From: Candidatus Kapaibacterium sp.
Lineage (GTDB): Bacteria > Bacteroidota > Ignavibacteria > Kapaibacteriales > UBA2268
Direction: 5' to 3'
Assembly (NCBI GenBank): GCA_963665665.1
Contig: OY762428.1
Span: 2,368,001-2,432,000, forward strand
Length of the DNA: 64,000 bases
Shown one piece after another: positions 48,553-59,723 of the stretch (the first letter of the stretch is position 1; the number at the start of each line of letters is the position of its first letter). The notes under the pieces are model-generated. The model made no database searches and was not told the origin of the DNA. It was given only the letters and a program-made list of their open reading frames with translations. Made by a program: the position numbers and the translations under genes.

Positions 48553-51500
48553 TTATTTTACAACAACCATCTTGCGGGTTATAGTCTGTCCCTGAACAGT
48601 CATAGTATAATAATATACTCCCGAGCTGAGATTATATTCATCAGCATTCAGGCTTACTTTGTTTTCGCCCAGGGAAGCCATACCGTTGAACAGAACAGCT
48701 ACTTCTTTACCATAGTTGTCTGTTACAACAATCTTAACTTCTGATGCAAAAGGTGCAACAAAGCTGATCTCTGTTTCGCCTGCAACCGGGTTCGGTGTAT
48801 TTGCAAGAAGAGAGAATCCGCCTGCAACCGGGTCATTAACGCCAAGAATACCGCCCATGTTGATTGTAACGTTGATCTCGGGTGATGTCATCTCGCCACA
48901 GTCATTTGTTACTTTACATGTGTATGCGCCTCCATCTGTTACGGTTGCAGATGCTACTGTGTATTCTGCTGCTGTGGCACCGGCAATGTCAGCACCGTTG
49001 AGCATCCACTGGTAAGTCATTGGTTCATAGCCCTGTGCTTCCACTTCGATTGTGAAGGAACGGCTTGATTCTACTGTCAGGTCATCTGATACGCCTGTTA
49101 CAACCGGAAGGGCTTTAACTGTCAGCATTGCGTCGTCTGTTGTTGCCATCAGATCGCCCGGCTGAGCTGTTGCTGTCATTGTATAGATACCGTCGTCGGA
49201 TGGCATCGTGCCTGTTATTGTAAGTGTTTTTGAAGCAGAGCCGGAAATCCTTGCGTCGTCGGCAAGGTCAGTTCCGTCTTTTTTCCACTGGTAAGCTATG
49301 CTTGTTGTATTGTCTGACTGTACGTCTGCTGTAAATACTGCAGTTCCGTTTTCACAGTCTTCAAAGTCAACAGGCTGCTGAGAGATGTTGATCATCGGGC
49401 CTGCACTGATCGAGAAATTGTCTGACTGTACTTCACCGCAGCGGCCTTCTACCATTACGTAATAATCGTCAGCATAATCTGCTGCTGTTATTTCAGAAAT
49501 GGAAAGGATTGATGACTGAGCGCCTGCAATGCGTCCGTCGTCAACAAGAGGGGTTGTTCCGCGATACCACTGGTAGCCGTAACGTTCAACAGGTTCGCCT
49601 TCGTGGTAAACGTGTGCGCGTACTTCAAAGAAGAGGCTTGTACCTTCTGCAGCGGATTTTGAATCAGGATGCCTGAGAATTTCAGGAGTATCAAGAACGT
49701 AAACAAGAATTTCATCTGAATAGATAAAGTGGTCGCTGCCGTCAGCCATTACTTTACATCTGTAAGTAGCTGACATATCGAAATCAAGATCGTCAAAGAA
49801 TATGATGGCGCTGTTTTCACCTTCAATAGCTTCGCCATCGCGTTCCCACTGATATAGAGGAACACTGCCAAAGCTGGCTTCTGCAACTGCTGTAACCATG
49901 TGGTCGGGCACTCCCTGGCAATCAACGATTGGTTCCGGCTGATCAACCATGAATACTTCAGGATAAACATTATCTACGCCAAAGTAGTAATAAGGGCCTC
50001 TTGCTTCGCCCTGCCAGTCATACATTTCAAACATATTGTTATCAACATAGTTTGGCATTTCATTCATTGGTGAAAGCACATACAGTGCCGGATCATACTG
50101 TTCAAGAAGTAGTTCTGCCATATCTTTGAATACCGGCATAACAGAAACTGAGTTTTCATTGCCTGCAAATGCTGCTTTGAGAGTTTCAATATTTGCAATC
50201 TCAGTTCTGTCGAATATTCCAAGAACCGCTCCGTTTGTATAGTAGTTGTTTTCGTCGATATTGAGGCCTTCAATATTCATAATGTCAAAGGTATAGCCCA
50301 TACCTGTATTGATAAACATATTACGCCTGATATCGCAGTCGCCTCCATCAATCATAAGGGTTGGCAATACTCCGTCACAATAAATAGCAAATGAATTATA
50401 ATAAGCGCCGAATGATGAGTTGATCAATTCAAGCCCTGTTGATCCAAGGCCTGCAACCATATTATTTGCAAGGTAACCTGTTGCATTTTCAGCGCCAAAG
50501 GCTGCATAAGCTGATTCAGGAAGATTATCAACGCCAATATAGTTGTTTGTAACTTTGGCCCTTGCATCTTCAATTACGATTCCGTCGCCGTTTTCAACGA
50601 ATACATCATTGTTAAGGATTGTAAAGGGTACGAAACCCTGTCCGTCGCCTTCAACAACGATACCGGCCATATCGGAATTTTCAGGATTGCTGATATCAAT
50701 TTGGTTATCAATAACATCAGAACGTCCCTCACCCGCAGCGATACCAATAACGTTATAACAATTATTGATAGCATTACCGCTGATCACATTTTCATTGCCT
50801 GTCAGGTTTGCGATACCAAATCCTCCCCAGCGAGCGGGGCAATTGATTCCGGAAACACTGTTGTTAATTAATTCGGAAGCTCCGCCGAAGAAACCGTAAG
50901 GAGCTTCAAGATCCTGAGTTGTACGAATAATATTGTTCACAACAGATAAATTTCTGGATCCACCCATATTGATACCGGCGCCGCCAAAATATCTGAATGA
51001 ACAGTCTGTTATATCAAAATCAGAGCAGATAGACATAACTATTGAAGCAAAATCTTCGCCTTCGTTAGGTTCAATTACAAAATTGCCTGTTCCGCCAAGC
51101 TGCGATGAGCCATAGAAAAAGCCGCAATTATCAAATACAAAATCAGTACAAAAATCTAAGCCAAATAGATTATAGTCAGGGTTTTCACCAACGATATTCT
51201 GTACACCGATGAAGGAACATCCTTCAAACACAAAATTATCACAGTTCATACCGCGAATGATTCCGCCGGCCATATTTGCCATTGGTGCGGTTGATTCGAA
51301 AGTCAAATTCAGGAAAGTGATATTTTCGTTACCATCGAATGACCATACGTAGCTTTTTGCAATAGTTGATGCAAATGAAATTGTTACGTCGGATTTGTTA
51401 CCTGTTGATGAACGGAAGATAATATTATTCTCGCCCATTGGGAATTCTTCCATTGTAACCTGTCCGTCATATTCGCCCGGACGGATTTCAAATACCACAT

Positions 51501-52860
51501 CACCGTCACCGATGATACCACTACCACCGAGATATGAAGTTGCTATAACAACGTTATCGAAGTGAGGATTATTACCACCGATATAATATGTACCCGGCAC
51601 AAGAGACGGGCCCATAGCGCCTGTATATTCATCATTTGTTTCGTCTTCGTCCATTACACCGTTAGGTGTGGATGTTGAAGCAACTATCATGTATGCTTCG
51701 AGTGGAGTTTTAAGCTGGAAGTTATAATCACCAACCACCAGGTCAACGGTTTCGCCTGAAGCTACATTAAGGCCTGATATTGAGAATGGAGTTTGATCTA
51801 CACCGTCAACACTCCAGTTTACAGAAACTGATTCCAATGGTTTCGGAGCATAGTTCTGCACCCTTACTCTAACGGGTGTTAAACCGGGAGTAAAGCCTTC
51901 GGGCGGGCCGAAAATTCCAACTACACCGGCATCATTCAGGATCGGTGATACTTCTGTCGACAATCTGTCGTTCGATGCATCGCCGTCAGTACCGCCGTTC
52001 GGCCTTTCAGTCCAGAATTCAACACGGAAAGGATCATAAGGGCCATCTGCCGGGTAAGTAAATGAATAAGTTCCAAGAATTACGTCTTCGCTTTCATCTT
52101 CAGCAAGATCGCCTGACCAGGAAACAGGCTCCTGCATCACGCCGTTTACCATCCACTGGATAGTACATGATGTAAGGTCCAATTCGCTGAAATTATTCAG
52201 GCTTACTATTACAGACTGTGTACCAACACTGAAAGGAGACTGAGGAGATACTACTGAAGTAATACCTGCATCGGGAAGAGGAGGCTGGCCGGTAATCATA
52301 ATATCATCCAGGCAAACACCGTATCCGTAATCACATACTGCTTCAAAGCATATCTGATATGTGCTGTTTACGTTCGGAAGATCGATTGTACGCTGAGTCC
52401 AAGTATCAATACTTGCTGTATATGTTTCAAGTTCTACCCAGCTTCCGGTTTCTGAAGTTCTGTATTTCACAATTAAATTATCCTGGTCACTACCCCAGTC
52501 TTCCTGGGTATGCCAGAAAATAAGTTTTGCATTTTTATCATTAACACCAAAATCCAAAACAGGGGTGATTAATTCAGTTGTTGCACTGCTGCTATAGCAA
52601 CGGGCATTATATGAGCCGGTATGTGCAGCATCCGGGTTGCCGTATTGGCCACCGGAAACATTGAAGACCCAGTCAATGGTATTAGAAACATAGTTCTGAG
52701 ACCATCCTGTTGGTTGAGCACCACCTTCGAATCCTTCGGAAAGAATTGTTACATCCTGGGATGACGCAAAATTGAGTGAGAGGAAAAAAGTAAGGAAAGA
52801 CATTGCAAAAAGCTTTGTAAAAGCTTCGGCAAATGAATTTCGATTATGTTGAGTAGTCAT
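48553..52860 (-). CDS. Large T9SS-secreted adhesin-like protein (cleaved-adhesin/MAM-like, CARDB-like, beta-helix and Ig domains)
   Basis: Signal peptide; EGFE..P.GW; DAG(I/V) repeats; NN-rich beta-helix; YQW...Y.C Ig repeats; NTPNP...SSGVYYY CTD. Confidence 0.8.
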   Translation of the reverse strand: MTTQHNRNSFAEAFTKLFAMSFLTFFLSLNFASSQDVTILSEGFEGGAQPTGWSQNYVSNTIDWVFNVSGGQYGNPDAAHTGSYNARCYSSSATTELITPVLDFGVNDKNAKLIFWHTQEDWGSDQDNLIVKYRTSETGSWVELETYTASIDTWTQRTIDLPNVNSTYQICFEAVCDYGYGVCLDDIMITGQPPLPDAGITSVVSPQSPFSVGTQSVIVSLNNFSELDLTSCTIQWMVNGVMQEPVSWSGDLAEDESEDVILGTYSFTYPADGPYDPFRVEFWTERPNGGTDGDASNDRLSTEVSPILNDAGVVGIFGPPEGFTPGLTPVRVRVQNYAPKPLESVSVNWSVDGVDQTPFSISGLNVASGETVDLVVGDYNFQLKTPLEAYMIVASTSTPNGVMDEDETNDEYTGAMGPSLVPGTYYIGGNNPHFDNVVIATSYLGGSGIIGDGDVVFEIRPGEYDGQVTMEEFPMGENNIIFRSSTGNKSDVTISFASTIAKSYVWSFDGNENITFLNLTFESTAPMANMAGGIIRGMNCDNFVFEGCSFIGVQNIVGENPDYNLFGLDFCTDFVFDNCGFFYGSSQLGGTGNFVIEPNEGEDFASIVMSICSDFDITDCSFRYFGGAGINMGGSRNLSVVNNIIRTTQDLEAPYGFFGGASELINNSVSGINCPARWGGFGIANLTGNENVISGNAINNCYNVIGIAAGEGRSDVIDNQIDISNPENSDMAGIVVEGDGQGFVPFTILNNDVFVENGDGIVIEDARAKVTNNYIGVDNLPESAYAAFGAENATGYLANNMVAGLGSTGLELINSSFGAYYNSFAIYCDGVLPTLMIDGGDCDIRRNMFINTGMGYTFDIMNIEGLNIDENNYYTNGAVLGIFDRTEIANIETLKAAFAGNENSVSVMPVFKDMAELLLEQYDPALYVLSPMNEMPNYVDNNMFEMYDWQGEARGPYYYFGVDNVYPEVFMVDQPEPIVDCQGVPDHMVTAVAEASFGSVPLYQWERDGEAIEGENSAIIFFDDLDFDMSATYRCKVMADGSDHFIYSDEILVYVLDTPEILRHPDSKSAAEGTSLFFEVRAHVYHEGEPVERYGYQWYRGTTPLVDDGRIAGAQSSILSISEITAADYADDYYVMVEGRCGEVQSDNFSISAGPMINISQQPVDFEDCENGTAVFTADVQSDNTTSIAYQWKKDGTDLADDARISGSASKTLTITGTMPSDDGIYTMTATAQPGDLMATTDDAMLTVKALPVVTGVSDDLTVESSRSFTIEVEAQGYEPMTYQWMLNGADIAGATAAEYTVASATVTDGGAYTCKVTNDCGEMTSPEINVTINMGGILGVNDPVAGGFSLLANTPNPVAGETEISFVAPFASEVKIVVTDNYGKEVAVLFNGMASLGENKVSLNADEYNLSSGVYYYTMTVQGQTITRKMVVVK

Positions 52861-53321
52861 AAAAAACCTCTGTACAAGAATTTAAAAAATAGAGCAAATT
52901 AATTTCAAATATTAAATAAAAGGATTTATTTGCATACTTAAATCATCAAATTTTAAAATGTAAACGAGAGTTCGGGTAATATGCTTAGGAAAATAAAGTT
53001 GTTTCAGCATGTATTCCATTAATTAATAATCACACAATAAATCCCAACAACAAGTAATTTATAGAAAAATGATTAGATATACAAGAGAAAGTAAAGCAAT
53101 AATGTTTAATTTTGTCGATTATTAATATTTTAATTATTCCGCTAAGTCTTTATTTAATAATTATGTAATACTTTGAACTACATTCCTTGTGTTTTTATTT
53201 GCACATTTAAAGTTTGATGAATAAATGGTTATTGAATATGGCGGATAAACAATAAAGGAAAGGGGCCCCGAAAATCAAATACACAGAATTTTATAGCGGA
53301 ATTTATTAGGTAGTTATATTC

Positions 53322-53369
53322 CAAATATTGATAAAACTAAATCATCAAATATTGATAAAACTAAATCAT
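53322..53369. repeat. Perfect 24-bp tandem duplication
   Basis: CAAATATTGATAAAACTAAATCAT occurs twice in tandem. Confidence 0.9.
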
Positions 53370-53530
53370 CTGGAAATGTATGCGGGCAGAAATTCAGCCC
53401 GGGAAGTTCACCTGCCTGTTAATGCAATTGATTTATGATCGTGTTGCCTCAAAAAAATATTTTTACTTATTACTTATATTGATTATCTTTAACTAAAATA
53501 TTTTCAATAATATACTACTCCGGGTTTATT

Positions 53531-54529
53531 ATGGAGAATAACATATTAGAACTTCCAGAATTGATAATTCAGAAATCAGTGCATAAGATAATAGCCGATC
53601 CTTCCAGGGTATGGCAAACTGTTTCAGGCAAAAGGCTTCAGATATTGTCTCCGGGCAGGATCAACCCCAATGAAGGCCCTGATTTTGGAGAAACAGCTAT
53701 ATTGCTGAACGGAATGATAATTGTAGGGGATTGCGAATATCATAAAAATGCATCAGATTGGTTTGCTCACGGCCACCATACCGACCCCGAGTACGAAACC
53801 GTGATAATCCATATCGTTAGCCGCCTGACATCTCCGGAAAGATTTGACCATGAATTACTGCTGATCTCTGATGAGGATATTGCCGAAGCTATCAAACGGA
53901 AATCTGCTGATGTCGGGAAGCAGGACTTACGTTCGCTGGAAGAGCTGCAGCAATTTGCTCTGATCAGGTTGCTCAGGAAAAGCATGGATGCCCAGAAGCT
54001 TATTAATCTTTACGGTTTTGAAAGTGCATATAACCGTTTTGCCTGCGATTTCATTAGCAGATACAACAGTAAACGCCGCAGGCCTGTATATTCAACTATT
54101 CAGCTTGCCGACCTGATGAAAAATATTGACAGGATACCCGCTTTTTATTTTTTAAGGGAAATTAGCAACGGAGTTAATATTGAGATTAATGAAAGAATGA
54201 CCTTCCTGCTAAAGCAAAAAGGATATAACGAAGGCAGCCACCTGAGACGTGAGCTGCTGATAAATTGTATATTACCAATGGCTTTGTGCCTTGCCGACGA
54301 AGAAGCACGAATTAATTTGCTCCTTTGGTTCTGGTCGGTTCCGGCATTAAATAAATATGGTATCTTAAACCGAAGGTTCGAGGATATATCCCAGGATTAC
54401 TTATGGCAACAGCAGGGGATGCTGGAATATATAAAGGAAAAAGGACGCACAGGCAACCTGGTAGCCGAAGCATTCAGGAAATATGGTTTTTCGGAAGTGC
54501 TGTCGTTTTACAGGTTCGGATTCCATTAA
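53531..54529 (+). CDS. DUF2851 family protein
   Basis: PG..N..EGPDF, GD.E.H..ASDW..HGH..DP.Y..VI.H, LLINCILP. Confidence 0.75.
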   Translation: MENNILELPELIIQKSVHKIIADPSRVWQTVSGKRLQILSPGRINPNEGPDFGETAILLNGMIIVGDCEYHKNASDWFAHGHHTDPEYETVIIHIVSRLTSPERFDHELLLISDEDIAEAIKRKSADVGKQDLRSLEELQQFALIRLLRKSMDAQKLINLYGFESAYNRFACDFISRYNSKRRRPVYSTIQLADLMKNIDRIPAFYFLREISNGVNIEINERMTFLLKQKGYNEGSHLRRELLINCILPMALCLADEEARINLLLWFWSVPALNKYGILNRRFEDISQDYLWQQQGMLEYIKEKGRTGNLVAEAFRKYGFSEVLSFYRFGFH

Positions 54530-54536
54530 AGCTCTA

Positions 54537-55163
54537 CTATATCAATCTGTTACTAAGTGTATATTCAGTTAGTTCATGATTGCTTTTCATGTTCATTTTT
54601 TCAAGAATTCTCTTCCTGTAAGTGCTTACAGTTTTGATACTTAAAAATATTTCCTCGGCAATTTCTTTTTGAGTTTTACCTTTTGCCAGCATTGTCATTA
54701 CCTGGAATTCCCTGTCAGAAAGAATTTCATGCGGAAGTTTCCTGCTGTCCATGGCCAGGATTTTTTCTGTAACTTCAGGTGAGAAGTAACGCCTGCCATT
54801 GGTAACTGTTTGTATTGCAGTAACAAGTTCGTCTATCTGATTGTTTTTTCGTACATAGCCCATGGCTCCGGCTTTCAGCACACGAATCGCATATTGCTCT
54901 TCGCTGTGAGTACTAAGAATAAGCACAGGTATCATTGGATGTTCGTTTCTTAAGTCTTTCAATGTTTCAAGGCCGTCTTTCCCGGGCATGGAAATATCCA
55001 ATATAATCAGGTCGTATTTGTCCCTACGTAATTTTTCAAGAAGTTCCAGTCCGGAATCAGCTTCATCAATCCTGCTTAATTCCAGGTTTTCCTCAATTTC
55101 GAGTATCTGCACCAGGCCTTTTCTTACTATTGCATGGTCATCGGCTATTATCATTCTAAGCAT
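54537..55163 (-). CDS. NarL/UvrY-family DNA-binding response regulator
   Basis: IADDHAIVR, LDISMPG, GAMGY, LSDREFQV, LSIKTVSTYR LuxR HTH. Confidence 0.92.
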   Translation of the reverse strand: MLRMIIADDHAIVRKGLVQILEIEENLELSRIDEADSGLELLEKLRRDKYDLIILDISMPGKDGLETLKDLRNEHPMIPVLILSTHSEEQYAIRVLKAGAMGYVRKNNQIDELVTAIQTVTNGRRYFSPEVTEKILAMDSRKLPHEILSDREFQVMTMLAKGKTQKEIAEEIFLSIKTVSTYRKRILEKMNMKSNHELTEYTLSNRLI

Positions 55164-56629
55164 TATGTATAGTCTCCCGAAGGAATTAATAATTCAACTT
55201 TCGTGCCTCTTCCTGAAACACCGTTAATTCTGATTGATCCGCCAATAGTAGAAGCTCTTTCGCTGATTCCGATAAGGCCGAACGATCCGGGTGCATTGAT
55301 TTCCTTTTCGGAAATTCCAATACCATTATCCTCGACAACAAGTTTCAGCAGATTATTTTCTTCCTTTAGCGTAAAAACTGCTTTGTCAGCTTTAGAATGC
55401 CTGATAATGTTGGTCAGCAATTCCTGAAATATTCTGAAAACTACAACCGAAACCTGCTCTCCCGGGGATATCTCCTTTGGGTCAACATTCAGCTCGTGCC
55501 GTATTCCCGAACGTTTGCTAAAATCATCGGCCTGCCATTCCAGGGCAGATACAAGCCCGAAATGATCGAGTATTGAAGGCCTGAGCCTTGAGGTAATATT
55601 GCAAACGGCATCAGATGTATGGTCTATCAATTCATGCATCTGCCTGATTTTTTGGGAAACATCTTCATCACTGGGTTTTATCTTTTTTTTAAGCCAGGAT
55701 AGATCGAGCGAAAGTGCCGTTAGTGCCTGCCCGAGTTGATCGTGAATTTCCACGGCTATTCTTTTTCTTTCCTCTTCGCGTACTTTTTGAATATGCTTTG
55801 TAAGGCTTCTCAATTTTTCCCGCGATTCTCTTAGTTTGTCCTCGGCAACTTTCCTGTCGCTGATGTTTCTTGCGATTATCGAAACACCGTGGATTTTCGA
55901 ATTTGAATCGCTGATCCTGGAAATTGTAAGCGAAACATATACTAACCTGCCAAGAATATTCTTGCATTCCTTATCAAAACGTTCGATATTTTCGCCACAG
56001 ATTATATCCTCGACTATTGTCTGAAATTTTGCCGGTGCTTCCGGAGATAGTATTATAGATATAGGTTTGGATATTGCCTCGGAAGAAAGATAGCCAAATA
56101 TTTTCTCTGCACCTTTGTTCCATGTTTGAACAATACCAAGGGAATTTGTGCTGATTATAGCAGCATCAGAAGTATTTACCAGGTTAACCATTCTCAGCAT
56201 ATTTTCCCGGGACAATTCATCCTCGGGTACAATACGTGCTTCGGTAACCACGAAATCCCCACCACCGGCTTTAACGTTCAGAGATTCAAATTCAACATTG
56301 AGCCTTTTGCCAGTTTTAGTGATAAGAATTATGTCCCCAGAAAAACGGCCTTTTTCTCTGATAGCGGCATTCATTTCATTAATTTCCAAAATTGATTCCG
56401 GAGCGGCAATTTCCGCCGGACTCAGCCTTAGCAATTCATCTTTTTCATATTCCAGTTTTTCTATTGCCACTTTGTTCAGGTCGATAAACCTGGCAGTTTT
56501 GATATTAGCTTCGTTATGTTGCAGAAAAACAAAGTCAGGAGAGTTTTCGAGTATAGCCCCATAAAGCGAAGCCCTGTCGAAATCAATGTTATATTTCCCG
56601 GCAAATTGATATTTTTTTTCCTTTTCCAT
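55163..56629 (-). CDS. PAS-domain sensor histidine kinase (HisKA_3), cytoplasmic
   Basis: Two PAS domains; EEERKRIAVEIHDQLGQ H-box; QELLTNIIRH, DNGIG, GLIG..ER; stop overlaps the regulator start. Confidence 0.92.
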   Translation of the reverse strand: MEKEKKYQFAGKYNIDFDRASLYGAILENSPDFVFLQHNEANIKTARFIDLNKVAIEKLEYEKDELLRLSPAEIAAPESILEINEMNAAIREKGRFSGDIILITKTGKRLNVEFESLNVKAGGGDFVVTEARIVPEDELSRENMLRMVNLVNTSDAAIISTNSLGIVQTWNKGAEKIFGYLSSEAISKPISIILSPEAPAKFQTIVEDIICGENIERFDKECKNILGRLVYVSLTISRISDSNSKIHGVSIIARNISDRKVAEDKLRESREKLRSLTKHIQKVREEERKRIAVEIHDQLGQALTALSLDLSWLKKKIKPSDEDVSQKIRQMHELIDHTSDAVCNITSRLRPSILDHFGLVSALEWQADDFSKRSGIRHELNVDPKEISPGEQVSVVVFRIFQELLTNIIRHSKADKAVFTLKEENNLLKLVVEDNGIGISEKEINAPGSFGLIGISERASTIGGSIRINGVSGRGTKVELLIPSGDYT

Positions 56630-56800
56630 CCGTCAAATTCCGATAAATCTTTCCATTTCAAAAAAATAATTTAAAAAATTACAACAATACCACCAAAATC
56701 TAAATAATATTATTGGTAAAGCGCGCGTTACCCGGCATGATTAGCGAATAAATACAGTTCAACCTGCTGCCTTATCTGTTAGCGAAATTTACTTTGGTTT

Positions 56801-57991
56801 TTATGCCCGTGGCTTATAAATATTATTATAACTTATTGAACCCAAAACAACTTCGCTGTAAGCTCCCGTAACGGCAGGCACATTCCCCGGAAGGCCGCCA
56901 AGTGTTCTGTATGCCAGATAAGCAAAGCACAGAGCTTCCTTTGCATCAGCTGATATAGATTTTTTTCTTGTTGATTCCAGGCCGGCATGAAAAATTTCAA
57001 TATCCAAATGCTCCATGATAAATTTGTTTTTAGCGCCGCCACCGGAAGCATATATGAAATTCGGCTCGGCAGGCAATTTTTTGATCCCCAGGGCAATCGA
57101 TTCAGCTGTTAACATTGTAAGGGTGTTTATCATGTCTTCCGGTCTCTCTGATTTCCAACGGGGCCAGATATCAAAAATCAGTTTGGGATTAAAATATTCA
57201 CGACCCGTAGATTTTGGGTATGGCCTGGCAAAATATTCCAGTTTTAATAACTTCTCAAGTAATTCAGGTATTATTTTTCCGGATAAGGCAATCTTCCCGT
57301 TTCGATCAAATTTTTTACCATAATATAAATTCATGAAATAATCAATAAGCGTATTGCCCGGCCCCGTATCGAAAGCAATAATATCGTCAATATCGCCACC
57401 ATCCTGAAGCCAGGTAATATTAGCTATACCGCCAATATTCAGCATACAAACATCCGCATATTTTTCTGAAAAATACTCATAATCAAAAATTGGTACAAGG
57501 GGCGCTCCCTGTCCGCCAAGAGCAATATCAGCGCTCCTGAAATCACTAACAACGGGCTTTTGTAAATATGCAGAAAGCATTGAAGCCGATGCAATTTGCA
57601 AGGTTGACGGAAAAGGATAATAGCAGGCATCAGGATCATGCCAGACGGTTTGCCCGTGGATACCGATAGCATCTATATCAATATTTTTTCGTTTATCGAG
57701 AAAATTCTCTATCGCATCGCGGTATAAATTTGCCAGCCTGCTGTTCAATCCTGAAATATAATCAGCCCCGGCATCCAGGGAAACAACTCTGCTTATATCC
57801 TGCCGGAGTTCCTCATCAACAGGGTACTCGCCGGATGCAAGAACTCTCATTGATATTTTGCCTGATTTATTCCTTCTAAACCTTGCTACAGCAAGGTCTA
57901 CGGAATCAACAGATGTACCGGTCATAATACCAAGAACAATTCTCGGTTCATTTAGCCACTCCTGATTTGCCGAAGCAAATATATCTTTCAT
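56801..57991 (-). CDS. anmK: Anhydro-N-acetylmuramic acid kinase
   Basis: GIMTGTS.D..D, HGQTV.H, DFR..D.A.GGQGAPLVP, NIGGIAN, FDTGPGN, PKSTGRE.F, AKEA. Confidence 0.95.
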   Translation of the reverse strand: MKDIFASANQEWLNEPRIVLGIMTGTSVDSVDLAVARFRRNKSGKISMRVLASGEYPVDEELRQDISRVVSLDAGADYISGLNSRLANLYRDAIENFLDKRKNIDIDAIGIHGQTVWHDPDACYYPFPSTLQIASASMLSAYLQKPVVSDFRSADIALGGQGAPLVPIFDYEYFSEKYADVCMLNIGGIANITWLQDGGDIDDIIAFDTGPGNTLIDYFMNLYYGKKFDRNGKIALSGKIIPELLEKLLKLEYFARPYPKSTGREYFNPKLIFDIWPRWKSERPEDMINTLTMLTAESIALGIKKLPAEPNFIYASGGGAKNKFIMEHLDIEIFHAGLESTRKKSISADAKEALCFAYLAYRTLGGLPGNVPAVTGAYSEVVLGSISYNNIYKPRA

Positions 57992-58048
57992 ATCCTTTTT
58001 CCGATAATGTCAATTTCACTATCGGAAGTTACAAAATTACTTTCCATT

Positions 58049-58720
58049 TCAAAACATCAGAAGTGAAACCGCAAGGCGAAAATGCTCATCATTTTTAAAA
58101 CTGTTGAAACTATAAGAATAACCAATCTCTACGCCGAACCATTTGGCAAGATAAAACTCCATTGATATTTCCAGGGGCAGTACAAAGGCAGATATCTCTT
58201 TTTCCATGATATCACAGGTGCATTTTGTCACTTCCCTATAAACCAGAAGGGGAATTCCTTCGGAATATTTTTTACTTTGTTCGTTCACCGCGTATCTTGA
58301 TATACCCCAGCCATGGCCTAATCCTGCGGATAACTTAAGCCTTAACCAGCTTCCAATTGCATATTTTTTTATAGCGGTTGCACATAATTGATTGTATTCT
58401 GTCGGGTTTGCACATCCTGACTTTTGTTCGTGATAAGACGGAATTAATGTTACCATCCCGATTGTTACAATTCTTTCCCTTGCCAGGCCGTCATCAGCGC
58501 CAGTTATTCTTGTATAGTTCACTCCAATTTCAAACATATTAATTCCCAGGTTTATATCATACCTGTTGCCACTTCCCTCCCATGTGGAACTGACAAACGA
58601 CATTCCTGTCCGAAGGTAGTAATCCTTTTTATTGGCATTTACCGAATTTAGAGTCTTTCCGTTAGCAATTAGCAGGGTTGCGTTTAGAAGTGCAATTATT
58701 ATTATTGTAAACTTTTTCAT
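58049..58720 (-). CDS. Hypothetical secreted protein, probable outer-membrane beta-barrel
   Basis: GGAG RBS, signal peptide, alternating-hydrophobic strands, C-terminal Phe. Confidence 0.55.
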   Translation of the reverse strand: MKKFTIIIIALLNATLLIANGKTLNSVNANKKDYYLRTGMSFVSSTWEGSGNRYDINLGINMFEIGVNYTRITGADDGLARERIVTIGMVTLIPSYHEQKSGCANPTEYNQLCATAIKKYAIGSWLRLKLSAGLGHGWGISRYAVNEQSKKYSEGIPLLVYREVTKCTCDIMEKEISAFVLPLEISMEFYLAKWFGVEIGYSYSFNSFKNDEHFRLAVSLLMF

Positions 58721-58925
58721 TTTTATTCTCCCGAATATTGTTTAACATTCAGCAGAAATGTATGGATTTCCTTATTGCCGGTTGTCATACCATAATAATA
58801 ATGATGTCAAAAAAATGTAATATAATTTTGCCGGTATATGGTTTTTCGATTGCATTCTTTCTGTTGGAAATAATATTAAACTTAGTAATACAGCTGCTTT
58901 GCTTTGGAATTTCAGTTCTTCAAAT

Positions 58926-58952
58926 AAAAAAAACCCGGACATTATGCCCGGG
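58926..58952 (-). terminator. Probable terminator
   Basis: A8 run followed by CCCGG-acattatgc-CCGGG stem. Confidence 0.55.
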
Positions 58953-59093
58953 CTTCGCTTTATTTTAAGCTGCCGTTTTCCCAATTTTCTATTGCCCTAT
59001 GAAAAGAACCGACACTATTTTTTGAAGGATTGGAGCTTATGAACGTGTTTTATTTATCGATTCATGGTACTCCGGCAGCCTGCACTATGGATA

Positions 59094-59723
59094 TTAGTAA
59101 ATAGGTCCGAGGAAAATACTGTTATTCCTTGCTATATATCTGTTCCATACTTCCGTTTGCTCTTCGTTGAGCATATCTTTCACTTTGCCGTTAAATTCAA
59201 ACCTTGAGTGGTAAACATCCCTTTCGAAATCCGCGTATATTCCTGTTTCGTCCATATCATTTCTTACTTCAGCATTCAATGCTGTTATCTTCACTGTCGC
59301 GGTTTCGTCATCGATCATTTCATTCTTCAGTTCATTAAGAATGTTTTGCCTTTCAATGTTTGCGTCAATTATCCTGGCATTTTCCTCGTTCGCTAAATCT
59401 GAAGTTTTTGTTACAATAAATTCTTTATGTTCGTTAAGGTACAACCTTATCTGTTCTTTCTGAGTATCTGTAAGACCGAGTGTTTCGATAATCTGGTTAA
59501 AATTGTAATTTCCGTTTGTTACAGCTGAATTAACAATCGACATCTCGTTTTCGATTGTTGCATCTTTGATGTCGGCTTTCTGAATGTCGATAACCGGCAT
59601 TTCAAAGTTGAAATCGTTCTCATTGTTTACCGGGTTTGTAATTCCAGATTCTGAACATGCTGAAAAAATCAGAGCAGCCATCATCATTATCATGCTTGCT
59701 AATTTAAAGTTTGCTTTTTTCAT
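59094..59723 (-). CDS. Helical lipoprotein with Spy/CpxP-like LTxxQ motifs
   Basis: GGGAGG RBS; lipobox FSAC; LGLTDTQKEQI and LNEEQ motifs. Confidence 0.6.
   Translation of the reverse strand: MKKANFKLASMIMMMAALIFSACSESGITNPVNNENDFNFEMPVIDIQKADIKDATIENEMSIVNSAVTNGNYNFNQIIETLGLTDTQKEQIRLYLNEHKEFIVTKTSDLANEENARIIDANIERQNILNELKNEMIDDETATVKITALNAEVRNDMDETGIYADFERDVYHSRFEFNGKVKDMLNEEQTEVWNRYIARNNSIFLGPIY

Noticed and set aside
53322-53369. CRISPR array
   Set aside because: Only two adjacent copies with no spacer, and no cas genes.
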